Shown here in pieces: positions 1 to 8,272 of a stretch of 64,000 nucleotides of DNA. Below the pieces are notes generated by a model. The model was not told where the DNA came from. It worked only from the letters and a program-made list of their open reading frames with translations, and did not search any database. This stretch comes from Escherichia phage EC106. The stretch lies in sequence record ON210138.1; one strand, given 5' to 3'. A program made the translations under genes and the position numbers. Each line of letters begins with the position of its first letter. Within the stretch, counting starts at the first letter, position 1.

Positions 1-47
1 GGGGAGTAAGAGGGGGAGAGGGGTTGGTCTGGCTCTCTATAAAAACC

Positions 48-232
48 TACCTGCACGATTCTAAAATGATTTTTCTTGCCCGACCTGAGCGGGGTCTGCA
101 CGTTTTGAAAATGAAAAAGCTCTTTGGAGATTATCTGCACAGTTTGAAAATGAATTTTCTCTTTGGAGTTCAAAATTCTCTCTACAGATTTCTCTACAGA
201 ACTCTACCTGCACAATTCTGAAATGAAAAAGC
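48..232. repeat. array of four direct repeats, core CTGCAC-N2-TTYTRAAATGA, in ORF-poor left end
   Basis: copies at 51-69, 96-114, 135-153, 208-226; two copies followed by TCTTTGGAG; CTCTACAG duplicated at 182-200; G-rich tract at 1-37. Confidence 0.55.
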
Positions 233-299
233 CATCCTTACCTGAAAAATTTACCAGATAAGAAAGGCTTAGGCTATTGTGAATATCCTACAGAGTTTC

Positions 300-1085
300 T
301 TAGTTCTTTGCGTCTAAGAAGGTTACTTCCGGTGAAGAGAAAATTTCCTCAACATCCTCATCAGTTCTTGCATAGATATATGTATCTGCATCACTGCCAA
401 ATGTTACTGCAATCCTGTGATTGCTCTTCGACAGGTGGGTAACTAGAGCGTTACTTAGAGACATCTTTTCAACCGGAGGGTTACTTTGATGTATCTTACC
501 TTTTCTTCGTCTGAAGAGGGTAACTGCGTTATCTGTGAACACAACTACACCTGCAAAGTGTTCTGGTTCACAGTAGTTCTTCCAACCTGAGAGTAACTTG
601 TGGTACATCTCTCCTTCATAGACATATAGATAAACATCTACACTCTTCATCACCTGATTGATGATAACTGTGACGGCTTGAGGGTCAAGTCCACCGATAC
701 CTGCACCAATCATAGGTAAACCAACTTTCTTCAACTGATTGACTTCACAGTATCTGTTAAGCTGTTTCAAAGATGACTCTAAAGCACTGTATCGGGCATC
801 TTTACCAGTCTTAAGCTGAGTGTAAAGGTTAGCTATACGGCCTTGTTTTAAACGTGCTACAGAGAAATTGCCTAGTAAATTTTCACATGGTTTGTGGCCT
901 ATACCACCTGCATACAGATAGACTTCTGTATCGGTCTCATATGCTTTTGGGTAAAGTTTAGAAATCTTGTCAGCAATACCTGCACCCATTAAGTTCATAC
1001 AGTTACAACCGTGACCAATAATATCAAACTTACCCTTATCAAATGCGGAGAAGATATCCCCATTGATGATTTTTACAATACCCAT
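300..1085 (-). CDS. macro-domain (ADP-ribose binding/processing) protein with uncharacterised C-terminal extension
   Basis: N-terminal INGDIF, DIIGHGCNC, MGAGIA and later GLPMIGAGIGG motifs match macro-domain glycine-rich loops; C-terminal ~100 aa unassigned. Confidence 0.6.
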   Translation of the reverse strand: MGIVKIINGDIFSAFDKGKFDIIGHGCNCMNLMGAGIADKISKLYPKAYETDTEVYLYAGGIGHKPCENLLGNFSVARLKQGRIANLYTQLKTGKDARYSALESSLKQLNRYCEVNQLKKVGLPMIGAGIGGLDPQAVTVIINQVMKSVDVYLYVYEGEMYHKLLSGWKNYCEPEHFAGVVVFTDNAVTLFRRRKGKIHQSNPPVEKMSLSNALVTHLSKSNHRIAVTFGSDADTYIYARTDEDVEEIFSSPEVTFLDAKN

Positions 1086-1322
1086 TTAGCATCTCTCCCA
1101 AGATTCTTTATCTTCTGAAGGTTTTACACGTTGTCCTTCGTGGTCTACCCAGATACATCCACAACCTTCACAGATTACTGGCATTGCATAGCCAGCTTTA
1201 AAGTCATCTTCAGTGATAAGACCTTTTAAGTCACCTGTATCACGTCCGAACATTTCGATAGCACAATCTTTGCAGAAGTCAGCCATGAATAATTGCCTCT
1301 TGGATGATGATGCCTTTACCAC
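1086..1322 (-). CDS. hypothetical Cys-rich small protein (putative zinc binding)
   Basis: ORF with CKDC and CEGCGC motifs, co-oriented in operon. Confidence 0.35.
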   Translation of the reverse strand: MVKASSSKRQLFMADFCKDCAIEMFGRDTGDLKGLITEDDFKAGYAMPVICEGCGCIWVDHEGQRVKPSEDKESWERC

Positions 1323-1512
1323 AACGGCTTTTAAAATCTTCTAATGGTTCAGAGAAGAAGTCACGGAAATGGTTACTGCACTCACGTTTTATCACCTTCT
1401 TGTAAGTTAACACATCTTCTTCTGCAAACGGGATGACTTCATGCCTCCCTTTGAATACTGCTGACCTTACAATCTTACGTGTCTTTTTATCTCTGGCTAG
1501 TATTACTTTCAT
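1279..1512 (-). CDS. hypothetical protein
   Basis: ORF in operon context only. Confidence 0.3.
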   Translation of the reverse strand: MKVILARDKKTRKIVRSAVFKGRHEVIPFAEEDVLTYKKVIKRECSNHFRDFFSEPLEDFKSRCGKGIIIQEAIIHG

Positions 1513-1813
1513 AGTTTACCTTCTCAGTTAGCTCATACAAGTCAACATGCTCAATACTATCAATGTTGATACCAATCTTTTTGAAGCGTTCTATAACTTC
1601 GTTGTCAGTCATCCATATCAGACACCAATGATTGTGGATGGATTCTTCAAGAAGGTCAACACAATCTTTAAAAGTTTTTGTATCACTTCTTGTTCCAACT
1701 ACTGCGATTGTTCCATATAGCCACTTACCATTGCCATAAGACACTTGTGCTACGCCAACTTCTTTATCTTTCTCGTAGTAAACGGCTACAAAGTCTCTTC
1801 CATTAATCTGCAT
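1487..1813 (-). CDS. hypothetical protein
   Basis: ORF in operon context only. Confidence 0.35.
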   Translation of the reverse strand: MQINGRDFVAVYYEKDKEVGVAQVSYGNGKWLYGTIAVVGTRSDTKTFKDCVDLLEESIHNHWCLIWMTDNEVIERFKKIGINIDSIEHVDLYELTEKVNYESNTSQR

Positions 1814-1815
1814 AG

Positions 1816-2085
1816 TTACTTCCTCGTTTTGAGAACTGCTAAGATTTCTTTAGAGTCTGGTAAGAACCATGTGTAGTGATTCTCTTTGATTTCTGGATGA
1901 GTGTCAACCTTTATTTTGCACTCTTTACCAACATGCTTAAGCTGTGCTGTGACACCTTGCATAAAGATATGACACATCACATTATCCATAATGGTTGGTA
2001 AGAAATCAATTCGCATATAAGTTTCTTTTGGTCGTGGCAACAGTAAGTAACCTTCTACATAGAAAGTATCTTGATTCTCTGTCAT
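1816..2085 (-). CDS. hypothetical protein
   Basis: ORF in operon context only. Confidence 0.35.
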   Translation of the reverse strand: MTENQDTFYVEGYLLLPRPKETYMRIDFLPTIMDNVMCHIFMQGVTAQLKHVGKECKIKVDTHPEIKENHYTWFLPDSKEILAVLKTRK

Positions 2086-2351
2086 TGCTGCTTATTCCCT
2101 AATAAAATCATGTCAATAAGGTTATTAGCTTTGATTGTGCACTGGTAAAAGCCGTCACGATAGAACTCAAGGGCTGCTGCTACATCACTGCCTGTATTGC
2201 CTTTGATGATGTACCGTGATTCTTCTTGAGTGTACTTATCACTCTCACTTACTTGGGAGTTTTTGAATGTACTGCTCACTTTGTTCGTTGAACACCCTGA
2301 CATAGTTATCAGTAACACAAACATTATAAAACTCTGGCTTAGTTTTTTCAT
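2082..2351 (-). CDS. putative o-spanin (Rz1-like outer-membrane lipoprotein)
   Basis: signal peptide plus lipobox-like LITMSGC; gene start embedded out of frame in the 3' end of the upstream TM-protein gene. Confidence 0.5.
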   Translation of the reverse strand: MKKLSQSFIMFVLLITMSGCSTNKVSSTFKNSQVSESDKYTQEESRYIIKGNTGSDVAAALEFYRDGFYQCTIKANNLIDMILLGNKQQ

Positions 2352-2592
2352 ATGTTAGTACCTCTTTTGTATGCTTATTCTTAGCAAGCACATCTTTCAA
2401 ATCATTTTTGTAATTGGTGCTCAGTGTGACTAATCCTTCCTGATAAGCATCTTTAGCAACACTTATGAGCTTTTGATTATTTAGCTCAGTTTCAGCAACT
2501 TGATAGTCTCTGTAAGAGTATCCTCCCCAGACACCTGCCCCAACTAAGAAAACAATTATGAAAGTGGCTTGACAGAACTCTTTAAATGTCAT
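2245..2592 (-). CDS. putative i-spanin (Rz-like)
   Basis: N-terminal transmembrane helix then soluble domain; overlaps downstream lipoprotein ORF in another frame. Confidence 0.5.
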   Translation of the reverse strand: MTFKEFCQATFIIVFLVGAGVWGGYSYRDYQVAETELNNQKLISVAKDAYQEGLVTLSTNYKNDLKDVLAKNKHTKEVLTYEKTKPEFYNVCVTDNYVRVFNEQSEQYIQKLPSK

Positions 2593-2611
2593 TTAACAAT
2601 CTCCTAAAATG

Positions 2612-2632
2612 AAAAAGGCTCCCGAAGGAGCC
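2612..2632 (-). terminator. rho-independent terminator (GGCUCC-UUCG-GGAGCC + U5)
   Basis: perfect 6-bp stem, UUCG tetraloop on minus strand, followed by U-run. Confidence 0.75.
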
Positions 2633-2638
2633 TGTATA

Positions 2639-3451
2639 TTACTCTTGACTGTAATAGTTGACAAGTGAAATTGCTTGATTCATCAACAGCTTATCAGCCT
2701 GTGCTCCGCGACCAGCTTGTAATGCTAGTTGGTATACCTCTGTAACATATTTGTTAGACATACCTTCACAGTAATCGTTATAATCCTCCCAAAAGGAGAA
2801 TGCAGCATCACCATATAGGCGTAATGTGATTAGCATTGCTGCACGGATACCAGAAGAGTACTTGCGTTTTGCGTTTACTACACCTTTAAGCTGTACTTCA
2901 AGAGAATCAATTTGTTCCAACTCATTCTTAAAATCATTAAGGTATTTAACTGTTTCAGTGTTAGATACCTGTTGCACACCATAGTATGCAGCAACATACT
3001 TAATGGCAGTAGCCCAAGATGCTTTCATCAATTCTGATTCTGGATTGAAAGAAATCATCTTCATATTCCCGTAATAAACCTCTGAAGGTTTCTCTCTTGC
3101 TAATTCAGAGTCAAAATGAGTATACAAATCTGTGACATCCAATATAGAGTTCACATGGTATATAACTGCAATCAGGTTATCTGGTCGTGTCAGGTTACCA
3201 ACCTTCCATGCCTCTCGACGTGAGTGTCCATCAATAATAAACAGTGAACTGCCAAACTTAGCTACATGGACTACTGTTTGGTCTGGTGACACATCACCAT
3301 TAAGGTGCTTACTCTTCAGACGTTTCAGTGTATTTCTCTGACGAGGATTTTCTTTGTAGCGTTTCTCGTTAAGGAAATCCTCAACACTGATAATCTTAGT
3401 GTGCATTTTAACAACTTTACCGTTCAGTGCTACATTGATGCTATTTGACAT
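2639..3451 (-). CDS. ParB/Srx-like domain protein (paralog of 6418-7257)
   Basis: IDGHSRREAW motif resembling the DGHxR core of ParB-like nuclease/CTPase folds; clear similarity to 6418-7257. Confidence 0.45.
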   Translation of the reverse strand: MSNSINVALNGKVVKMHTKIISVEDFLNEKRYKENPRQRNTLKRLKSKHLNGDVSPDQTVVHVAKFGSSLFIIDGHSRREAWKVGNLTRPDNLIAVIYHVNSILDVTDLYTHFDSELAREKPSEVYYGNMKMISFNPESELMKASWATAIKYVAAYYGVQQVSNTETVKYLNDFKNELEQIDSLEVQLKGVVNAKRKYSSGIRAAMLITLRLYGDAAFSFWEDYNDYCEGMSNKYVTEVYQLALQAGRGAQADKLLMNQAISLVNYYSQE

Positions 3452-3462
3452 AACTTTATACC

Positions 3463-4347
3463 TTAGTTGTGGATAATTACTTCGTTAATACCTTTGCTTC
3501 TCTGTGCATGTATTGTGTATGAATGATTAACCTCTGTCAAGTGAAAATTTTCAGGAATTAGGTTTATCCATCCGTCCCACTGAGAGTTTGACATTAACAC
3601 CTTAGAGCCTAACTCCCCCCAATCAGACATATCTTTGCACAATTTCACAGACATTGAAACGTCGAACTTTGCGCCATATTTCTGGTTGGTGTTTATATAT
3701 GGTGGGTCACAGTAAATGACCGTCCCTTCTCCATGCTTTATGTCAACCATATCATAAGAGTGACTGCTGAGGACAACCCTCTCATCAGTGATGAAGTTAT
3801 AGAACTCCTTTAGTGCTTCTTCAGTCTTTGTAAAGAAAACTTCTTCTTCCATCAAATAGCCGCAAGGGGTTGCATAGTGCCCTTTCATCTCTTTAGTTGT
3901 CTGCCATACACCACCAAAACTTAGTTTCTGAAGGAAAAACTGTCTGGCATAGTATCTGTAGTCATAGACACCAGATTCACCAAGCGTGAGAAGCTCGTCT
4001 CTTACACTGTAGTACATCTTATAACGTAATCGGTTATGGCGTTGCCCCTTCATAGTGTACTCTTCCTGCATAGGTAATGCTAAGTACCTTTTTGCCAAGT
4101 ACCGAAACCCTTCCATGAATTTGTCATAATCATCCCTGAAGGTTATGTAAAGCTCTATGATATGCTTGTTTATCTCATTAATAAATATTTTTGCTTCTGG
4201 GTACTTATTGTAAGCCCAGATAGCTACTGAGCCACCACCTGAAAACAGGTCATAGAAGTTTTTACAGTTGTCTGGAAAGACACCTAAACGCTCATATTCT
4301 TTCAGTATTCTTGTTTTACCGCCAAGATACTTAAACATTGGTTTCAT
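3463..4347 (-). CDS. dam: Dam-family N6-adenine DNA methyltransferase
   Basis: KYLGGK N-terminus, FSGGGSV (motif I) and CDPPY (motif IV). Confidence 0.85.
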   Translation of the reverse strand: MKPMFKYLGGKTRILKEYERLGVFPDNCKNFYDLFSGGGSVAIWAYNKYPEAKIFINEINKHIIELYITFRDDYDKFMEGFRYLAKRYLALPMQEEYTMKGQRHNRLRYKMYYSVRDELLTLGESGVYDYRYYARQFFLQKLSFGGVWQTTKEMKGHYATPCGYLMEEEVFFTKTEEALKEFYNFITDERVVLSSHSYDMVDIKHGEGTVIYCDPPYINTNQKYGAKFDVSMSVKLCKDMSDWGELGSKVLMSNSQWDGWINLIPENFHLTEVNHSYTIHAQRSKGINEVIIHN

Positions 4348-4364
4348 TAGTACTCCTTGAATTT

Positions 4365-4385
4365 AAAAAGGCTCCCGAAGGAGCC
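4365..4385 (-). terminator. rho-independent terminator, same hairpin sequence as 2612-2632
   Basis: GGCUCC-UUCG-GGAGCC + U5 on minus strand. Confidence 0.75.
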
Positions 4386-4397
4386 TGTATCTTAACC

Positions 4398-4862
4398 TTA
4401 ACCGAGGACTTTAGCAAGGAAATTTGCAGCCATCGAAGAAGCTTTTGCAGCAGCAGCTACCCCAGCTTTGGCAGTGCTATCCTTGATAGCAGATACCGTT
4501 GCAGCATCAGTAAAGAGATAAGTAGTTGTTTTAGAACCACTTGTAAAGGAAAGCATGAGAGCAGTTTCCAGATTGAAAGAGCGATACGGAGCACCTTCTT
4601 TAACGATACCTACAGCACCTAATTCTGAAGCCATCCCCATATCATAGATGGTCATCAGGTTTTCTTTGTGTGCAGTCGTTGAACCAGCACCTTTGACGTG
4701 TTTCTTAACATTCAAAAGGGCACGATACTCCCGAATGTTACCGTCTGCTTTTACATTGACAGCACGGAAGATTTTACCCTCAAAGTTGCTCTTGATAATG
4801 TTACGAACTACTTCAGATTTGTTTGCCGTAACGTCAAGTGCTACCGTAATGATATTGTTCAT
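4398..4862 (-). CDS. hypothetical protein
   Basis: ORF with Ala/Ser/Thr-rich C-terminus; no recognisable motif. Confidence 0.4.
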   Translation of the reverse strand: MNNIITVALDVTANKSEVVRNIIKSNFEGKIFRAVNVKADGNIREYRALLNVKKHVKGAGSTTAHKENLMTIYDMGMASELGAVGIVKEGAPYRSFNLETALMLSFTSGSKTTTYLFTDAATVSAIKDSTAKAGVAAAAKASSMAANFLAKVLG

Positions 4863-4872
4863 AAGTTTTCTC

Positions 4873-6093
4873 TCAATGTTTAACTAACATGGTTTTAATG
4901 TGTGGAAGGATTCTGTTCACCTTCTGCACATTCTTCTCTGTGTCTTCTATAAAACATACTATATTAAAGTAAGGCAGGATGCAAGACTGAATCATCCTCA
5001 CTTTCAAACTTTCTGCACTTATAGAGTTAGTCCCAAAACCACGCATAAAAAGCATGTAGTCATGCTCTGTGTTATGCCTTAAAAACATCTCAGTAGGTAT
5101 TCTCTGAGATTCACCTCTCGCTGTCAAGAGGCCAATGGCAGCATGATTAGCAATTGCATCAATGATATTGAAAACATACGTTGGTTTTGCTCTTACAGAG
5201 TCAAGAAGATTGGTATACTGTGAAAATGAACCGTCTGTCAATTCCGTTGAGCAATCTTCGTGATTAAAATTTGTAAGAACACCATCAATATCTGCTAAGA
5301 TGAGATTCCCTTTTTCTACAAGGTCTTTATTGACTATGACTAAGCTATCACGACTCACACCTATAGTTTGTCCAGTCTCTTTATCAACAATGTTCACAAT
5401 TGGTTCTGATGTGTGGAACTCTTCAAGTGAACATATAACTTCTCTTGCAGTGTCTTCAAAATCCCTGCACTGTTCTGGAGTCCATACACAGGAATCAAGA
5501 CCTAACTCATGAGGATGTAAGTCATAAGCATGACACAGGACTTCATCAGACTTTTTAATTTTTTCATGGTTTACCTTAGAAATGTTTGTTGCAAATTCAC
5601 ATTGAGCAATAACTTTCATGTTGTTATAGACATCTTGAGAATACTTCTTAGCTTTAGGGATTCTGTACGAATACCCAGCATTATATGATGCTAAAACTTT
5701 TTGTAAAGTCTTCTTTGACTTTGGCTGACCATGCACCTTTGTCCAAAACTCAAGCTCTTTGTGAGTTTCCTTCGCAGCATAATCAAAGTCTCTTAAGAGT
5801 TTCTTTTTAGCCACATTAGGGCTAATTTTGTTACGCTTTACAACAGTCTTCAAGTGATTCTGGAAAATACCATAATCGTGTGTCTTTTTATTCTCTACCT
5901 TCAGACCTAACTCTGACTCTTGTAAGGCTATAGCAGCTAGAGTGATACCCCAACCTTTACCCATGTTATTCTCACCATACTGGTAAGCTTTTAACATGTT
6001 TACTTTTTGGCTAATTGATAGCTCTGGGCAGTCAACTGCATAAGATAAGTGTGCTGTAAACATTAAGCACAAACCTAGAATCAATTTCTTCAT
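4873..6093 (-). CDS. secreted lytic transglycosylase (SLT) domain protein with C-terminal HAD-like phosphatase-type domain
   Basis: signal peptide; SLT motifs QESE, GIFQ, SYNAGYS; C-terminal DIDGVLT (HAD motif I) and IEDTEKN. Confidence 0.55.
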   Translation of the reverse strand: MKKLILGLCLMFTAHLSYAVDCPELSISQKVNMLKAYQYGENNMGKGWGITLAAIALQESELGLKVENKKTHDYGIFQNHLKTVVKRNKISPNVAKKKLLRDFDYAAKETHKELEFWTKVHGQPKSKKTLQKVLASYNAGYSYRIPKAKKYSQDVYNNMKVIAQCEFATNISKVNHEKIKKSDEVLCHAYDLHPHELGLDSCVWTPEQCRDFEDTAREVICSLEEFHTSEPIVNIVDKETGQTIGVSRDSLVIVNKDLVEKGNLILADIDGVLTNFNHEDCSTELTDGSFSQYTNLLDSVRAKPTYVFNIIDAIANHAAIGLLTARGESQRIPTEMFLRHNTEHDYMLFMRGFGTNSISAESLKVRMIQSCILPYFNIVCFIEDTEKNVQKVNRILPHIKTMLVKH

Positions 6094-6154
6094 TGGTTCT
6101 CCTGTTTAGTTTATCGTGACAACAATTATACAGTACTCTGCACAAAATACAAAT

Positions 6155-6180
6155 AAAAAAGGCCGCCGAAGCAGCCTTTT
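6155..6180 (-). terminator. rho-independent terminator, possibly bidirectional
   Basis: GGCUGC-UUCG-GCGGCC hairpin flanked by A-run and T-run. Confidence 0.6.
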
Positions 6181-6182
6181 AG

Positions 6183-6443
6183 TTACATTACGTAGAGGTT
6201 CCCAAAACCTGTAGGTTTCCCATTACGAAAGTTACGACGCTTAACAGGTAACTTAGTGATAGTTTTCGTCTTCTCTAAGTCTATAAAGGTCTGTGTAAAA
6301 TCCGACGGGAGATATTTTTTACCAAACTTTGCAGAGAGGTACTCTGCTACTTCGTATTGTGTAGCTGCCCCCAGATACTTGAGAGCAACCCTGACCATCA
6401 TCTTTTTAACTTGCATATCAGTCCTTATAAGCTCTAAATGCAA
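6183..6443 (-). CDS. hypothetical protein
   Basis: ORF in operon context only. Confidence 0.35.
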   Translation of the reverse strand: MHLELIRTDMQVKKMMVRVALKYLGAATQYEVAEYLSAKFGKKYLPSDFTQTFIDLEKTKTITKLPVKRRNFRNGKPTGFGNLYVM

Positions 6444-7257
6444 CGTCAGCTTGTGACATTACATAACCTTGAAACACACCACCATTCTGGTCATACTGGG
6501 TCTTCATGGCATCTAAGAAGCTGCTTACAGACTCATCATCATCACGGTAGTCCAACCAGAACTTTGTAGCCTTTTCAGGGTTTTCTTTGAAGCTCTTAAG
6601 CATTGCTGCCATAATTGGAGCAGAGTACTTTTTACGCAGTTCACACTTCTGCTTAACACCGTTTACAGTCTTCTCTTTGTACTTATCCATCTCATCCTTA
6701 TTAATGCCAAGTGCATCAATAAGTTTAAGCTCTTCTTGATAGAGTACAAATGCTTCATCAAGGCATCCACGGAGACCTAATAAGGCCCACACACCAGCAC
6801 CAGTAAATTTCTTGGTGAACGCTGTCTGTGGCTTATAACCAGAGCGTAGTATTGCAGTTGTAACTTGGTCACCATTTGTGGCTCGTGAGTCCAGTGAGTT
6901 TTCTTGGTCGTAGAGGAAATCTACTTCTTCCTGTGAATTAACGGCAAACAGTGTCACATAGACAAGTCCGTTCTTGGGAGCACCTAACTTACCATTCTTC
7001 CAGTTCTCTACGCGCGCATGAGAATCAATGTTGATAACTTCTCCATTGAATAGTACACCCGTAACACGGGAACGTAAATCCACCTCACGAAGTTCTTCAT
7101 TAAGGTAGGGTTTAGCAATTCGTCGTTCAATGCTACGGTTTGCTGAGTAAGGCTTTGCACAGTTAGCCCAATCCATGTACCCCATGAAGAAGGAAGCTAC
7201 ACCACAAACGAAATCAATCTTGCAAGGTGTTTTGCTCTGGAACTCTTTGAATTTCAT
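6418..7257 (-). CDS. ParB/Srx-like domain protein (paralog of 2639-3451)
   Basis: IDSHARVENW motif and shared KYSxxxxAAML...FW C-terminal block with 2639-3451. Confidence 0.45.
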   Translation of the reverse strand: MKFKEFQSKTPCKIDFVCGVASFFMGYMDWANCAKPYSANRSIERRIAKPYLNEELREVDLRSRVTGVLFNGEVINIDSHARVENWKNGKLGAPKNGLVYVTLFAVNSQEEVDFLYDQENSLDSRATNGDQVTTAILRSGYKPQTAFTKKFTGAGVWALLGLRGCLDEAFVLYQEELKLIDALGINKDEMDKYKEKTVNGVKQKCELRKKYSAPIMAAMLKSFKENPEKATKFWLDYRDDDESVSSFLDAMKTQYDQNGGVFQGYVMSQADVAFRAYKD

Positions 7258-7262
7258 AGTTG

Positions 7263-7281
7263 CTCTCTCTCTCTCTCTCTC
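7263..7281. repeat. (CT)9 dinucleotide microsatellite
   Basis: ctctctctctctctctctc in intergenic spacer between methyltransferase and ParB-like genes. Confidence 0.9.
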
Positions 7282-7324
7282 ATCTACTAGGTTTGTTTAC
7301 AGGTATACTATATAAATTCTTTTA

Positions 7325-8224
7325 TTAATGCAAGTGTTTTTCTAAAGTATTTATAATTTCTTGTGAGTTGATAGAGCCTGCATAACTCAGTGCAAAACCA
7401 TCTCTCAAATCATTAAACCATTCTTGTTTGATTGCTGAGTAAAGTCCTTCTATGTGTGGTTCGATAAACTGTTTCACTGACACCTTGTCTTTATCTGGTT
7501 CAAAAGCCTTCACAGTACCAGCCTTGCGACCATGCGTGATAATCGTGAACAAGTCTTTGCCATCTAGTTTACCTAAAACACCAACTGGCTGCTCTTTACC
7601 ATCAATCTTGTGACATGGTGGTCTGTATAGTGTGAATTTCTCACGCTTATAGACTCTTACACCATCAACTATCACAGGGGCAATCTTACAAATTTTATCT
7701 GCCCGTTTTTGTCTCTTCCAGATTTGGAAGTTACAGCGTAGTGATGACTCTTTTGCTGAGTAGGCAACTCCATCAATCCTTTCAAAATGAAGGTTAGGTA
7801 GCTCTACTTCATCAATGCAGGTGTACTCTCTGCTAAGTCTGCTAAGATTCTTCTTCCCAAAGTTAATAGGAACTAGGAAGCAAATGTAGTCTGGATTCAT
7901 TGTAGCAGCCTTGTTAAAGAACTTTGTAGACAGACTGTTTGCCTTACCAAATGGAGGGTTGGTAACAATCGCAAAAGGCTTATCTGGAATTTCTAAGTCA
8001 TCTTTCAGGAAGTCTCTTGTGCTAACATCTTCAGAGTCTGGTTCGATGTCGTATAGCACAACATCTTGACAAACCCTCTTAAAAGAGTCTTTCCATCTTC
8101 CGTCACCTGCACAGGGGTCTATAATGCACGAAATAGAGCCTTTAAAGACCTTTTGTAGCTTCTCTTCACACACTCTTATTACTTCGTCTGGTGTGTAGTA
8201 TTTATCAAGTTCTGCTTTAGCCAT
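7325..8224 (-). CDS. gamma-class DNA methyltransferase (N6-adenine or N4-cytosine)
   Basis: YYTP, IDPCAGDG (motif I) and NPPF (motif IV) in gamma-class order. Confidence 0.7.
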   Translation of the reverse strand: MAKAELDKYYTPDEVIRVCEEKLQKVFKGSISCIIDPCAGDGRWKDSFKRVCQDVVLYDIEPDSEDVSTRDFLKDDLEIPDKPFAIVTNPPFGKANSLSTKFFNKAATMNPDYICFLVPINFGKKNLSRLSREYTCIDEVELPNLHFERIDGVAYSAKESSLRCNFQIWKRQKRADKICKIAPVIVDGVRVYKREKFTLYRPPCHKIDGKEQPVGVLGKLDGKDLFTIITHGRKAGTVKAFEPDKDKVSVKQFIEPHIEGLYSAIKQEWFNDLRDGFALSYAGSINSQEIINTLEKHLH

Positions 8225-8238
8225 TCATCCTCCCATAT

Positions 8239-8260
8239 AAAAAAGGCTACCGAAGTAGCC
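8239..8260 (-). terminator. rho-independent terminator (GGCUAC-UUCG-GUAGCC + U6)
   Basis: hairpin plus U-run on minus strand. Confidence 0.7.
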
Positions 8261-8272
8261 TATTGTAACCTA

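Noticed and set aside
24-221. Plus-strand 65-aa ORF spanning the left-end repeats
   Set aside because: Its reading frame is made of the repeat units themselves (LKMKKLF / LKMNFLF) and it has no ribosome-binding site or co-oriented neighbours; more likely non-coding.
48-232. Possible CRISPR array
   Set aside because: Repeats are short and degenerate with irregular spacing, and there are no cas genes or leader; not CRISPR-like.
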